Assembly: GCF_006345805.1 (NCBI RefSeq)
Contig: NC_043002.1
Coordinates: forward strand, 40,796,001-40,860,000
DNA: 64,000 nucleotides
From: Octopus sinensis
Lineage: Eukaryota
Reading direction: 5' to 3'
In this document: positions 1 through 14,152 of the stretch, in pieces
Layout: each line of letters opens with the position of its first letter
Numbering within the stretch: position 1 is the first letter of the stretch
Position numbers and translations under genes: made by a program
Notes under the pieces: model-generated
Databases searched by the model: none
Told to the model about the DNA's origin: nothing
What the model saw: only the letters and a program-made list of their open reading frames with translations

Positions 1-6
1 AGATAA

Positions 7-44
<38 letters not shown>

Positions 45-94
45 TGCATGTGTGTGCATGTGCATGTATGTGTAGGTATATATGTATGTATATA

Positions 95-129
<35 letters not shown>

Positions 130-474
130 CTTTGTATTAGTGTTTGCTCCACTTCACTTGACAATCTAGGTTGGTTTACATCTCCATAACTTTGTGGTTT
201 GGCAAAAGTGATCACTAGCATGAACACCAAACTTAAAATGAGTACTGAGGGGGATTTGTTCAATGAAACTCTTCATGGTGGTGCTCCAGCATGGCCACAG
301 TCTAATGACTGAAAGAAGATAAATGATAAGATAAATGAAAGATTAAAGCTTATTTTTATGTATTGCAATTTTACTTTTTATTTATAGATTTTCATATAAT
401 TTTAATTGCTTTGTATGTGTAGTATATTTTTTCATAAAGACTATTTTGAAAGTTTGAATGAAATTTGGTCACCT

Positions 475-612
475 CCTCCTCCTCCTCACATCCTCCTCCT
501 CCCTTCCTCCCCCGCCTCCTCTTCCGCTTCCTCCTCCTCCTCCTCCTCCTCCTCCTCACCACCACCACCACCACCACCATTATGATCATCATCACCATCG
601 TCATCATCATCA
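475..612. repeat. (CCT)n-(CAC)n-(CAT)n compound microsatellite
   Basis: Seen directly. Confidence 0.95.
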
Positions 613-2061
613 TTACTATTTCTTGCTTATTTTGAAAGTGATAATAATTTTGCTACAAATGATGCAAAAATCTTGAAGAAAAAGGAAAAAAAAAACATGG
701 TTGTTCTCATTATTTTATCTCATCTATCATCTTATTTTATATTTCCTATTACAAACACTTTATAAAACAGTCACAACTAACTCCAATTGGAAAGATTTGG
801 CAACAAAAAAATAAATAAATAAATAAATAGATGATAAAAACACAGCAACAATCAAACAAAATTGTGACTGTGCTAATTTATGCATTTGTTGATGATTTAA
901 TTGATCTATTAAGTTAAGGTTGCTCTTATTGATCTCCTTCAATTTTTGAAATATTATCTTCAGATTGTGTAATGTGGTTAAGCACATGCATGTGTGTGTG
1001 TGTGTGTGCGCACACGTGCTTGCATGTGTTTGTGTGGTGCTTTTATGCATGCGTATGAGATACAGTATTGACTACGATATTTCTATTTGCATGTATTTGT
1101 CTGTATAGCTTGATTGTTTATGTATGCGAATATGAGAGAGGAAGAGACAGCGGGAGATAGAAAAAGGAAGAGAAAGTGAGGGAGGGAGAGGGAATGTATG
1201 TTATGCGTAATACAATCTGTCAATAGGATTAATTTTAGTGGACATGGATTCACAAAAAAATGTCAAGTTTATCTAATGAGCAATTTGTTTGTTAACAATT
1301 TGTCATGAGTATGCTTGCACTGTAGGTTCACAATAAAGGTGAAACATGCCCAGAATTGTTCCTCTTTCTTATTTCTTTATTGCCCACAAGGGGCTAAACA
1401 TAGAGGGTACAAACAAAGACAGACAAAGGGATTAAGTCGATTAGATCGACCCCAGTGCGTAACTGGTACTTAATTTATCGACCCCAAAAGGATGAAAGGG
1501 AAAGTCGACCTCGGAGGAATTTGAACTCAGAATGTAATGCCAGACGAAATACTGCTAAGCATTTCGCCCGGCGTGCTAACGTTTTTGCCAGCTCTTTCTG
1601 AATAACTCTATAGAAATATATCTCTCTATATTTTTACTGAGTCACTTGTTCTTTAGCATTGGGGTAGTGCTTTTTTGCTGATGAAGTTCAGTGAGGTAGA
1701 AATATGTTCATAGTTATCTCTTATATCTGTTGAATAAATGAATAAATAATATTGATTTCTAACATAAGTACAAAAGCCCAAATCTTGGGGAAAGGTGTAT
1801 CAATTATATCGACCCGATCCTGGATCAGGATTTATTTTATCGATCCCATAAAAATCTAAAATAAATTTAGTCTTAATTAGAGGTGTGACTAAATATTGGC
1901 TTCAAATTTTGGCACAAGGCTCAACCTTTGTAAGCCTAGTACTTATTTTATCGGTCTTTTTTGCCGAACTGCTAAGTTACGGGGATGTAAACACACCAGC
2001 ATTGGTTGTCAAGCGATGTTGGGAGGACAAACACAGACACACAAACATATACACACACATC

Positions 2062-2119
<58 letters not shown>

Positions 2120-2621
2120 CGGGCTTCTTTCAGTTTCCGTCTACCAAATCCACTCACAAGGCTTTGGTCGGCCCGAGGCTATAGTAGAAGACACTTGCCC
2201 AAGGTGCCGTGCAGTGGGACTGAACCCAGAACCATGTAGTTGGTAAGCAAGCTACTTACCACACAGCCACTCCTGCGCCTAAATATGCATAATTAATACA
2301 AAACAGAGGAAATAAATAAGCTTACATTGGACAGAGTAATCTGAATGCTAAAGGGTTAATCAAGGTTGAAAGACAAAGCTGATCACAGCAGTATTTGAAC
2401 TCAGGATATAGAGAGCTAAACAAATACTGCATGATATTTTGTCTGCTCTTCTAATGACTTTGCCAATCAATCAATAATTATTCATCAACTAGTCTTAGTC
2501 TCAATCTGCAATTATGATTCCATTCACATCTTAGATGCATTAAACAAGTATTTTACTCTCTCTATATATATGATCTTACTGCAATCATTAAAGACACACA
2601 CACACACACACACACACACCA

Positions 2622-2652
<31 letters not shown>

Positions 2653-3197
2653 TTCACATATATACATACACTTGCTTAATTACTACTAATTTCAAGTTTA
2701 CTGAAGATAAAAATGATAGTTTGTGAATAACAGGTGACAGTTGACTAATTTACTGCCAAAGGATCACAATGAGGGAACCTCTTCATGGTTTCTCAACCTA
2801 GAAATAGTAGCTAAATTCAACACCCTCATTATATTAGAAATAGTAACCAAATATATTTAAGATCACATTATGGACTTTAAAAAAAATTTTGGCTAGTCAT
2901 GGCTGGAATGCCTTTGATTATAGACCTACTCATTTGAGACTAAAGAAGTAAAGACCCCCTTCGGTAATGAATGACCACGGAATTGCACCCAGAAAGTTCC
3001 CCGCTGAGGCACAAGTCTGGGCAAGGTTGTTTATGAAGACCAGCAGTTGCCCATGCATACCAGCCTCCCCACGACATGCCACTGATGTTATCCAAGAGAA
3101 AGGCAAAGGCTAATACGGCTTGGCAACAGTGACATTACAACACATTTCTACAGCTGAGTGAACTGGAGCAATGAGAAATAAAGTGTTTTGCTCAAGG

Positions 3198-3390
3198 CAC
3201 AGGAGTAGCTGTGTGGCAAGTAGCTTGATTACCAACCACATGGTTCTGGGTTCAGTCCCACTGCGTGGCACCTTGGGCGAGTGTCTTCTACTATAGCCTC
3301 GAGCTGACCAAAGCCTTGTGAGTGGAACTGGTAGACGGAAACTGAAAGAAGCCTGTCGTGTATATGTATATATTATATATATATATATAT

Positions 3391-3465
<75 letters not shown>

Positions 3466-3715
3466 GTATGTATGTATATGTATATGTATGTATGTATGTG
3501 TGTGTATGTTTGTGTGTCTGTGCTTGTCCCCCCAACATCACTCGACAACCGATGGTGGTGTGTTTACGTCCCCGAAACTTAGCGGTTTGGCAAAAAAGAC
3601 TGATAAAATAAGTACTAGGCTTACAAAGAATAAGTCCTGGGGTTGATTTGCTCGACTAAAGGCGATGCTCCAGCATGGCCACAGTTAAATGACTGAAACA
3701 AGTAAAAGAGAGTAA
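3198..3715 (+). mobile_element. tRNA-derived SINE group B with internal (TA)/(TG) microsatellite (other copies: 1920-2280-, 19675-19855-, 21606-21800+ head, 24750-24975+ tail, 29506-29865+)
   Basis: TGGCTGTGTGGTAAG A-box and GGTTCAGTCCC B-box; CACCTTGGGCAAGTGTC core; central microsatellite; conserved tail ending GACTGAAACAAGTAAAAG. Confidence 0.82.
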
Positions 3716-4244
3716 ATAGTAACACAACAAACAGCCCAGTCCAGGAATCAAACTCACTACCTCATGATTATGAACCTGACACTCTAACTACTGAGCCATG
3801 TGCCTTCACACTGAGACTAGATAGCCTAAAGCTAAATGATAACATCAGTAATTAGCCAATGTATTTAATTCCAGTCAGCTCAGTCAATCTGATTGTGACC
3901 TGATTGTCCATTGAGACTCTCTATTAGAGTTTGCTCTACAGCAAATTAGAAATACTCATAAGAAGTAAATTAGAGCTACTTATAAAAAAATATGCAGCTG
4001 GTAATTAATGCTGATTTTACTCAATTACATAATATCTCTATCTTTTCTGGTATCGTGTATACAATAACTAGAGTACTAAGACTGTATGCTTATATGTGTT
4101 TGTGTATGTGTTTTTGTGTGTTCATGTACATGTGTGTGTGTGTGCGTGTAAATTCATAAATTGTTGGGCTAATTGCAGGATTATTTAGCACATGCTTATG
4201 GACTTACATGCCAACATGGAGCATGAATGTTAAATATTGCTGCG

Positions 4245-4460
4245 GATATGTATATGTATGTATGTATGTATGTATTTTGGGTGCATATATATATATAATA
4301 TATATATATATTACATATATATATATATATATATACATACATACACACACCACATATATATGTACATATATAGAAGTGATAATATATAAAAGATATATAT
4401 ACTATACGTATATGATATATGTTTATAATATGTATGTATATTTATATAATTATATATATG

Positions 4461-4494
<34 letters not shown>

Positions 4495-4547
4495 ACATAC
4501 ATACATACATATATACATACATACATATATATATATATATATTATAT

Positions 4548-4583
<36 letters not shown>

Positions 4584-4591
4584 CCTATATA

Positions 4592-4630
<39 letters not shown>

Positions 4631-4990
4631 ATATATATATATATATAATATATATACACCTATATATATATATATATATATATACCTATATATACCTTCA
4701 GAGGTATTCTGTATTTGGCTTCTCTATATATATCTACATGAGCACACACAAAAATACACACATACATAAATGCATACATGCATACATACATATATATGTA
4801 CATACATACACACATATATATATATACATATTATATATGAGTGTATGTGTATATAAGTATTTATATATATGTGTGTAAGTATGTATGGGTGTATATATAT
4901 ATATATATATATAATATTATATATATATATATATTATATTATACAGACACACACACACACACATATGCACACACGCACACATATATACAC
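4245..4990. repeat. Degenerate (TA)n/(CA)n microsatellite field
   Basis: Seen directly. Confidence 0.97.
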
Positions 4991-6414
4991 ATCGTGCATG
5001 CATACATGCACGCATTTAACCTGCTTATCAGCAAAATTATAGTAACCTTTTCTAACAGTTAAAAATCAGTCTTTCTTTCAAGAATGCTTTAAAGAATAAA
5101 TTTCCGCTTGTTAAGAGCACTCAGTTCTAATTAAGCATAATTTTTTCCATTTTTAACCTGAAAATCAAACTAAATGGTTTTACATTACCAAATATAGAGC
5201 CTGTAATTTTCACATTTCTCACATTTGTCTAGTGTTAACAGAAAAGACTTCCACAATGGAAACATATACTTATGAAGATGCCTAAGTGAAGCTGAAGGCA
5301 AAATACATTTGTTGATACTATAATTTCGCTTTTCTTAAAAGTTGAGAGCAAAAAACCAGCTAAGCGTTCTATGGAAGAAAGGAAACAAAAGCAAATGTAA
5401 AAAAAAAAAAACAAACAAACAAAAAACAGACTGAAAGAATGGAAGAATGAAAAGTGGAACACTGTAAGCGATACAGGAATATAGGAAAACAAAAACTAAA
5501 AAATAGCAAATAACAAACAAAAACAATTTGAAATATGAATCAATAAAGTAAGAAAGTTGGAGCAATTGTAGTTTTGGTTATGCCTTTTGATATTGTTACT
5601 TTGTTTACTTCAAGGAACTTTTGAACAGGTTAGAATGGTGTTGGTAGTGATGGTGGGGGAATCCTTTTCTTTACAAAATATCTGAGACAAGATATAATTC
5701 AGAGATATTAGGATGTCAAAATATATTATTAGGAAGCAAAAATACTAATAGAAATTTCATAGAAAATGGAAAATAAAAAACCAAACCCCCAAAACATTTA
5801 ATGCATTAGAGAACATGTATAATTCATTTGAAGACATGTTTAGTTACTAAATATTAAGTTCTTGAGATCTCCCCCTATGCATCTACACCCAATGTTATGA
5901 AATCTCCACTGCCGCTACCACTACCACCCCTGTCAGTATCTCTTGGACTTTTATGGTTTTTCAGCCCAGCTGATTGGTTGGAGCTTCTCATGTGCTTCAG
6001 CTCTGCTCCATCAGAGAATAGATAAGTATGTGACTAAAATCAGTTTCCTTGACATGTGCTTCTGCGTCTCACATACAACCACAACAAACTACTTTTTATG
6101 CCCTATTAACATTTAGAGAGATGAAACATATACAGGCTGGTTGTTTTTTTTATTCAGCACTATGACCCCTGGAAGACTTTAATATAAAAATATGAAAGTA
6201 CTCCTGTGCATCATAGCCAGCATATTCTCCTGTCTTCAAAATAGCACCAGTCCTTTTGATCCCTTCTAAAATAATCTCAACTAACTTTGTGGAAGTCTCT
6301 TTCCCTACACTTCTCTACCATACCAGACTCTTCAATCCCTCATTCTCTTTCTCTCACTCTCCTTTCCTTTACTGGGTTCTATCTTAGTTTTAAGAAACAC
6401 ACTATAGCGAGAGT

Positions 6415-6760
6415 CCCATTCTTATGAAAGACAATCTCTTTAACTGCACTAATTATTGCTCTATCGTTCTCACTTCAATATCTCAAAGTTGACAGATGCA
6501 GTAACCATCTCTGAGACCTTATATCCATCTCCCCACTTAATAACCACAAGTATGATTTCCATAAAGCCAGACCTATTGGAGATTTGCTCTCCTGCTTCTC
6601 AATCCTGAGAAATTTGATGGAAAAAGTGTGGTTGCATTTGACATTAGCAGAGTATTTGACTGTGTTGCACATGCAAATTTTGTGGATAAATTGCTTGCCT
6701 TAGGTGCCATTTGTCTTTCATCTCCTGCATCAAAGCTTTCCTCTCAGATCACACTATCAA
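6415..6760 (+). mobile_element. Decayed Jockey/L2/CR1-group RT fragment
   Basis: Remnants resembling NYRPI.LTS, HKYDFHKARPIGDLL and VAFDISRVFDCVAH. Confidence 0.65.
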
Positions 6761-7299
6761 AATAAATGCACTGACCAACACTCTATCAACTATGGTTTGT
6801 CCAGCTGGCAGCACCACAGTGCCACTAGTTCATTGCAAATTATCACTGTGGTCTTGATAGTAGGTATATGTCGGGGTTGAGTCACCTGATTCCTACATGC
6901 AGTCTCATTTCCATGACTACACTGAGGTTGTCATTAGAACAGAGAGCAAAGGATAGAGGGCAGTTTTATTTAAAATATGTATTTTGTGAAATGGCTAAGG
7001 ATCTCTTTGGTATGAGTAAAAACTAAAGCAATGTAATTGTAAACTAATGTTTTTATATTTTTCTCTTTTTTTTTTTGGCCCAGAAACATTATGAAGCTTC
7101 TGCAGAAAATTTAAAATCATTACCTATCTTTTATCTTTTACTTGTTTCAATTATTGAACAACAGCCATATTGAAGCAATGCCTTGAAAAATTTAGTTGAA
7201 TAAATTGGCCCAAGGATTTATTTTTTTAAGGCAGGTACTTATTCTATTGGTTTCTTTTGGTGAATTGCTGAGTTATGAGTGGCAGGGACAAACACAATG

Positions 7300-7610
7300 G
7301 GCCAGCACAGGAAATGTGCTGGCCCCATGTAAAAAGTTCCTGTACCAGCACCATGTAATAGCACCTGTGCCAGTCCATGTAAAAGTGTCCCCACACCATG
7401 CTGGTGCCACATAAAAGAATCCAGCACACTATGTAAAGTCGTTAGGGTTAGGAAGGGTATCCAGCTGTAGAAACCAAATCAATCCAAATTGAACTGAAAC
7501 CCGGTCCAGCTCTCCGCCTTGCCAGGCTCTGATCAAACCATCCAACCCAGTATGGAAAATGGATGTTAAATGATGACAAAGATTATGATGATGGTGATGA
7601 TGATGATGAA
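7300..7610 (+). mobile_element. Old RTE tail copy
   Basis: GGAAGGGTATCCAGCTGTAGAAAC...CCAACCCAGTATGGAAA...(GAT)n. Confidence 0.7.
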
Positions 7611-8968
7611 TGGGCATCTACACAGTTTCCATCTACTAAATTTATTCACAAGGTATTGGTCAGCCTGAGACTGTAGTAGGAGTCCCTTACCTAAGGTGCT
7701 GTGCAGTAGGACTGAACCTGAAACCAGGGTTGCAAAGCAAGCTTCATAAACCAGAAAGCCATAGCAGCACCTATAGTTCAATGCATCATCCACACAGCCA
7801 TCCAACTTATATCTTCTTATCTGCAAATGGAAGAGTCAGAAATAGTTGAAACAACAGAGGACTTCATACCAGAGCCATTCATTTTTTTTTTTTTTTTTGC
7901 AGGAGTGGGTAAATAACAATAATCTTTTCTTCTCTAGGCACAAGGCCCAAAATTTTTGAGAAGGGTACTAATCAATTAGATCAACCCCAATATGCAACTA
8001 GTATTTAATTTATCAACCCCGAAAAGATAAAAGGCAAAGTTGACCTCAGTGGAATTTGAACTCAGAACATAAAGGCAGACGAAATACTGCTAAACGTTTC
8101 ATCCGGTGTGCTAACATTTCTGCTCCCAGCATGCCACCTTGAATAAGTAACGATAATGAACCAGTTACTGTTGTTGTTTAGTTTCTCAATCATTCTATAT
8201 AAAGTAACCAACAAAGTCATTCCAACAGTGTCCATCCTTTCTTTTCAGGCACAATATATCTTGGACTACATTTAGCCAATGAGTCTTTGCTTTTATTTAT
8301 TATAATAAACTGTAAGGCAGTGAACTGGCAGGATCGATAGCATGCTGGAGCATGCTAACAATTCTTAGTGGCCTTTCCTCTGGATTTACATTCTGACTTA
8401 AACTAATACCAAGGTCAACTTTGCCTTCCATCGTTTCAGACCTAATAAAATAAGTACAAGTTGAGCACTGGGGTCATTGAAATTCACAAGTTCTCTGCCT
8501 TCCACAACCGTTCAGGCCTTGTGTCTATAGTAGAAAAGATTTATTATGGTAGACTGTGATATGAATGAGACTTAACTGCTATTTCTTGCAAATTCAGCAA
8601 CCACATAGAGGCACCCTCTTAGTACCAGTAATATACTCAGATAGCATCAGTAATAGGTTGAGATCAATTTTATCAGTTAGCCAATATCTCCTTCCTTAAA
8701 TATATAGGGCCTGGTGCCTAGGCACAAAAGAAAAAACGGGCTGTTCCAACATTGCTTTCTTTCTTTTGTGGCTTTTTAATATGATGTGAAATAAAATATT
8801 AGTTTCAAATTTTGGCACAAGGCCAGCAATGGTATTTATTTTATTGACCCTGAAAGAATGTAAGGCAAAACTGACATTAGTGGAACTTGAACTCAGAACG
8901 TAAAGACAGACAAAATGCCACTAAGCATTTCGCCTGGGGCAATAATGATTCTGCCAGCTCATCGCCTC

Positions 8969-9290
8969 ATCATCATCATCATCATCATCATCATTTAACG
9001 TCCGCTTTCCATGCTAGCATGGGTTGGACGGTTCAACTGGGGTCTGGGGAGCCCGAAAGCTGCACCAGTCCAGTCAGATCTGGCAGTGTTTCTACAGCTG
9101 GATGCCCTTCCTAACGCCAACCACTCCGAGAGTGTAGTGGGTGATTTTATGTGCCACCGACACAGGTGCCAGACGAGGCTGGCAAACGGCCACGCTCGGA
9201 TGGTGTTTTTTATGTGCCACCGACACAGGTGCCAGACGAGGCTGGCAGACGGCCACGCTCGGATGGTGTTTTTATGTGCCACCGACACAG
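8969..9290 (-). mobile_element. 5'-truncated RTE tail with homogenised ~59-bp repeat units
   Basis: (CAT)n-TTTAACGTCCGCTTTCCATGCTAGCATGGG terminus; two near-identical units plus a partial third. Confidence 0.85.
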
Positions 9291-9722
9291 TTTCGTAAAT
9301 ATTGGTTTCAAATTTTGGCACAAGGCCAGCAATTTCAGGAGAGATTACATCAACCTCAGTGCTCAACTGGTGTTATCTACTTTATTGATCCCAAAAGGAT
9401 GAAAGGTGAAATTGACCTCAGTGGAATTTGAGCTCAGAATGTAAATATTTACGAAATGCTGCAAAGCAGTTTCCCCAGCATGCTAGTGATTCTGTCAGCT
9501 CACCACCTTGATGTGAAATAAAACATTGTTGCTTGATTGCAGCCTAACATGGCTGTCTGTCTGCCTTTCTGTCTGTTTGTCTTCTCTCTTTCCCTTTTCT
9601 ACTGTTCCTTTTTGTTTCATTGTGTAACTCCTACAATCTTAGTCTTTCTCTCCTTTTCACCCTCTCTTTCTTTCTGATTAATTCCTGCAACACTAGCCCC
9701 CCCCCCGCTCTCTCTATCTTTC

Positions 9723-9898
9723 TTTCTTTATATATATCTCTGTATGTATGTATGTATGTATGTATGTATGTATGTATGTATGTATGTATGTATTTATGTA
9801 TGTATGTAGGTGGGTATCTATCTATCTAGCTATCTATTTATCTGTCTGTCTTTCTTATCTATCTGTCTGCCTCATGTCTGTCTGTCTGTCTGTCTGTA

Positions 9899-9952
<54 letters not shown>

Positions 9953-9961
9953 CCTACCTAC

Positions 9962-10020
<59 letters not shown>

Positions 10021-10073
10021 CCTACCTACCTACCTATCTCTCTATCCATCTGATTACCTCTCTACCTATCCAG

Positions 10074-10108
<35 letters not shown>

Positions 10109-10137
10109 CCTACCTACCTACCTGCCCACCTACCTTC

Positions 10138-10206
<69 letters not shown>
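9723..10206. repeat. Compound tetranucleotide array (TATG)n-(TCTG)n-(TCTA/CCTA)n
   Basis: Seen directly. Confidence 0.97.
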
Positions 10207-10208
<2 letters not shown>

Positions 10209-10556
10209 CCCACGGATAAACCTTACTTGCTTTCCCCTTTACACCATATATCATAACACTGTGATACACGATCCCTATTGATCGTTTTTTTTTCCTCTTC
10301 CCCTTTTTTTCCCCTTTTTTCTTCTTTTTTCATTTCTCTTTTCTTTTGTTCCTTTTCCTTTTCTTTTTCTTTTCTTTTTTTATTATTATTTTTTTTTTGT
10401 TCTTTTCTTCCCTTTTACGATCCCTCTTGATCGAAAACCTACGCCACCCTATTTTTTTTCTCTTTGGTTTTTTTGTTTTTTTTCATCCCCCAAAATAAAA
10501 GCTCTACCTTGTAACTTGTCCCATCTGTGTGCAGCCCTGTGTGGCCAATAAAGAAA
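10207..10556 (+). mobile_element. Unclassified retroposon-like insert embedded in a (TCTA)n array, sharing its 3' tail with SINE group A
   Basis: TTGTCCCATCTGTGTGCAGCCCTGTGTGGCCAATAAAGAAA versus TTGTCCCCTCTATGTTTAGCCCTTTGTGGACAATAAAGAAA (~38595-38635); TATCTATC resumes after the tail. Confidence 0.45.
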
Positions 10557-10643
10557 CTTATCTATCTGTTTAACTCATGTAATATCAGTTTCTCTTTCTC
10601 CTTCTTCCTCCTGATTAACGTTTGTAGTACCAGTTACTCTTCC

Positions 10644-10675
<32 letters not shown>

Positions 10676-10844
10676 TCTCAGGCACATCCCAACCCCCAAC
10701 CCCACACACATTTCCACCCGTATAACCAATGCACCCACCTCCATCTATCTAAACTCCAACTCTTGCAGGTGTCTTCCCAAACTCTCATCCACTTTACCCC
10801 TCACTTGCTCCATTTCTCTTACTTTTCTTCTCACTCGCTATTAA

Positions 10845-10965
10845 GCTTTGCAATTTGCCTCCTTTCTCTCTCTCTCCTCTTCTCTCTCCTTCTCCTTCTC
10901 CTTCTCTCTCTCTCTCTCTCTCTCTCTGTATCTATCTCTTATCTGCTTAATTCTTGCTATAAACC

Positions 10966-10996
<31 letters not shown>

Positions 10997-11020
10997 CTTC
11001 TTCTTCTTCTTCTTCTTTCT
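10845..11020. repeat. (CT)n and (CTT)n pyrimidine tracts
   Basis: Seen directly. Confidence 0.95.
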
Positions 11021-11542
11021 GTTTGACTCTTGAGAACACCGTTTCTCTTTCTCCCCATTTCTTTTACTTTCTTGTATGCTTAGTTTTGGCAACATATCGA
11101 TTCTTCATCTCTCCTTCCTTCCTTCCTTCCTTTCTCTCTCTCTCTATTACACACACACTCTCTCTCTCTTGCTTTAGCTTTTTCCATTTCTTCCTACCAT
11201 GCCTTCATGCTTTCCCAGTTCCTATCATGCACACACACACACACACACACTTGAATGTGTGCACACACACACATGTATACATGCACAGATACACATGCAC
11301 ACATGAACATGTGCATGTATACACACATATGCATACAGGTGTGTATACGAACACATGCACATATGAACGTACATACACACACACACACATGCATGCACAT
11401 ACGCTATCCCACCCTTCCAGCCAACCAAAGCAAAACATACCCAATTCATCAGAACCACCACCATCACCAACCTACTACATCTCTCACCCAGCAACTCCAC
11501 CCCTAGTTCCTCTCATGCTTATCTCTTTCAGTTTCTGTCATT

Positions 11543-11577
<35 letters not shown>

Positions 11578-11644
11578 AACGAACAAGCAAACAAACACAC
11601 ACACACACGCAAACACAAATACATACACACACAAACACACACAC

Positions 11645-12160
11645 AAACAAACAAACAAACAAACAAACAAACACACACACATGCAAATGCATGCACACAA
11701 ACACACACACACACATACATACACACACACACAAACAAACAAACAAACACACACATGCAAATGCATGCACACAAACACACACAAATACATACACACACAC
11801 AAACAAACAAACAAACAAACAAACACACATGCAAATGCATGCACACAAACACACACACACACATACATACACACACACACACACAAACAAACAAACACAC
11901 ACATGCAAATGCATGCACACAAACACACACTCACACATACATACACACACACACAAACAAACAAACACACACATGCAAATGCATGCACACAAACACACAC
12001 ACACACACATACATACACACACACACAAACAAACAAACACACACATGCAAATGCATGCACACAAACACACACACACACACACTACATACACACACAAACA
12101 AACAAACACACACATGCAAATGCATGCACACAAACACACACACACACACACATACACACA
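11645..12160 (+). repeat. Higher-order minisatellite, 7 units of 69-74 bp built from CA/CAAA/CATA runs and an invariant CATGCAAATGCATGCAC core
   Basis: ATGCAAAT at 11681, 11755, 11829, 11903, 11973, 12045 and 12114. Confidence 0.95.
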
Positions 12161-12339
12161 TTTCCACACAGGCCACCAAATCAAACCAAACCAGACCCAA
12201 TCCATCACTTGCTTTTGCCATCATCTTTTCCCACCCTGGTTCCTCTCATATTTTCTTTCTCTGTTTCAAATACGCACATCCACCCAATCCAGGCCCACAT
12301 CATCCAACCAAGGCAACAAACCCAATCCTTTTTACCACC

Positions 12340-13050
12340 AAAACTATCACCCACACCACTATTATTACCATACTGTTACATCTCTCACCCACCACCACCA
12401 CCACCACCACCACTATTGCCCCACCACCCCTGTTGCTGTTGCTACAAAACACTACCATTGCTATCACTACTATTGCCAACAACACCTGCACCACAACCAG
12501 CACTACAACCACAACCACAACCACAACCACAACTATGACTGTTGCTATCATTGTCACTGCTACCATCACAACCACAACCACTACCTCTATGACACCACAA
12601 CCACAACCACTACTACCACCACAACCACCACCACCACCTCCATGACACCACAGCCACCACCAACACTTCTATGATACCACAGCCACCAACACTACCACTA
12701 CCATCATCACTATCATTACCACCACTACCACTACCATCACTATGATGACAACCACCACCACCACCACCTATACCAGCAGCAGCACCAGCACCAGCACCAT
12801 CAATACAACCAGCAGCAGCACCACCACCACCACCAGCAGCAGCACCACCACCAGCACCACCACTGCCACCACCAATAACCACCACCACCACCACCACCAC
12901 CACAACCACCACCAATATAACCAGCAGCAGCAGCAGCACTACCACCACCACCACCACCACCATCACCAGCTCCACCACCACCAGCACCAGCACCAGCACC
13001 AGCACCAGCACCACCATCACCACCACCGTCGCCGCCGCCACCGCCACCAG
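12340..13050. repeat. Mixed trinucleotide/hexanucleotide field (CAC, CAG, ACCACA, CACCAG)
   Basis: Seen directly. Confidence 0.95.
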
Positions 13051-13588
13051 TAGATCCTATAACATGACAATCTCAACTACTGCAAAACCATCATAGATGC
13101 ATTAAGCATTGTCAAAATAAACAATTAAGGGAACCAGAGCAGATTGAAGCACTCTCACCTGTTTCGTTTCCACCTTGAGTCCACTTTACATAAAAACATG
13201 TCTCTTCCTAAGAGATGCCAATGTTACCATTCATGTTTTCTAATCTTTCTTCAGTGTGACTCTCCATTATATGATAGGTATTTAAAGAGCACATGCATAC
13301 ACTATTCTTTAACGATATACATGAATTCTTTTGAAAATGCTTGTTTCCAGGTTCTTTCTTCCCTGAGCTCAATTCTCATAACCTTTTATTATATTCTTCA
13401 GTTATCAAAAGCTTATGTTAACAAGGAGGATAAGCAATAAAAAAAAATACAAAACAAGTAAACAAACAAACAAAACAGAAAGAAAACAAATAAATAAATA
13501 CATAAGGGAATAAATAAAATGGAAAAATTCTAGATCCTTCTAAACTAAGCTGATTTTTATATGCCAAATAAACACCACAAATAACAGT

Positions 13589-13593
13589 AATGA

Positions 13594-13624
<31 letters not shown>

Positions 13625-13951
13625 GATGGAGACGATGGCAATGGTTGTGGTGGTGGTGATGATGGTGGTGGTGGTGGTGGTGATGATGACGGTGATGATA
13701 AGAAGTTCAGCAACTACAAAGAAGATGACAGCTAAAATGTTGATGATGATGACAATGACGTCAATGATGATGTGATGGTGGTGGTGGTAGTGGTGGTAGT
13801 GAGGATGATCATTGTAGAGATGATGGTGATGATGATGGTAGTGATGATGGTGATGGTGATGATTGTTTATTTATCAGCCACAACATTTACCATACAATGC
13901 AACAATGCAAAACAGATACAGAAGGTTTACAAAACAGCAGTATATATATAT

Positions 13952-14021
<70 letters not shown>

Positions 14022-14023
14022 TA

Positions 14024-14060
<37 letters not shown>

Positions 14061-14087
14061 ATATATATATAATCTTATATATATATA

Positions 14088-14126
<39 letters not shown>

Positions 14127-14152
14127 TATATAATATATATATATATATTATA
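13589..14152. repeat. (GAT/GGT)n field followed by ~200 bp of (TA)n
   Basis: Seen directly. Confidence 0.95.

Noticed and set aside
5270-5368. Minus-strand exon after a strong pyrimidine tract (RLAGFLLSTFKKSE...)
   Set aside because: Only weak donors are available and the peptide is not recognisable; needs RNA evidence.
10268-10295. Rho-independent terminator (hairpin + T-run)
   Set aside because: Eukaryotic intergenic repeat context; treated as part of the 10207-10556 element.
11023-12645. 540-aa ORF and overlapping 100-377-aa ORFs
   Set aside because: These are translations of CA/CAAA/CAC repeats (HTHT, TNKQ, poly-T) with no domain or splice support; such repeats lack stop codons by composition.
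13159-13410. Minus-strand exon with CAG|GTGAGA donor
   Set aside because: Stops in all three frames between the plausible acceptor and the donor; no homology recognised.
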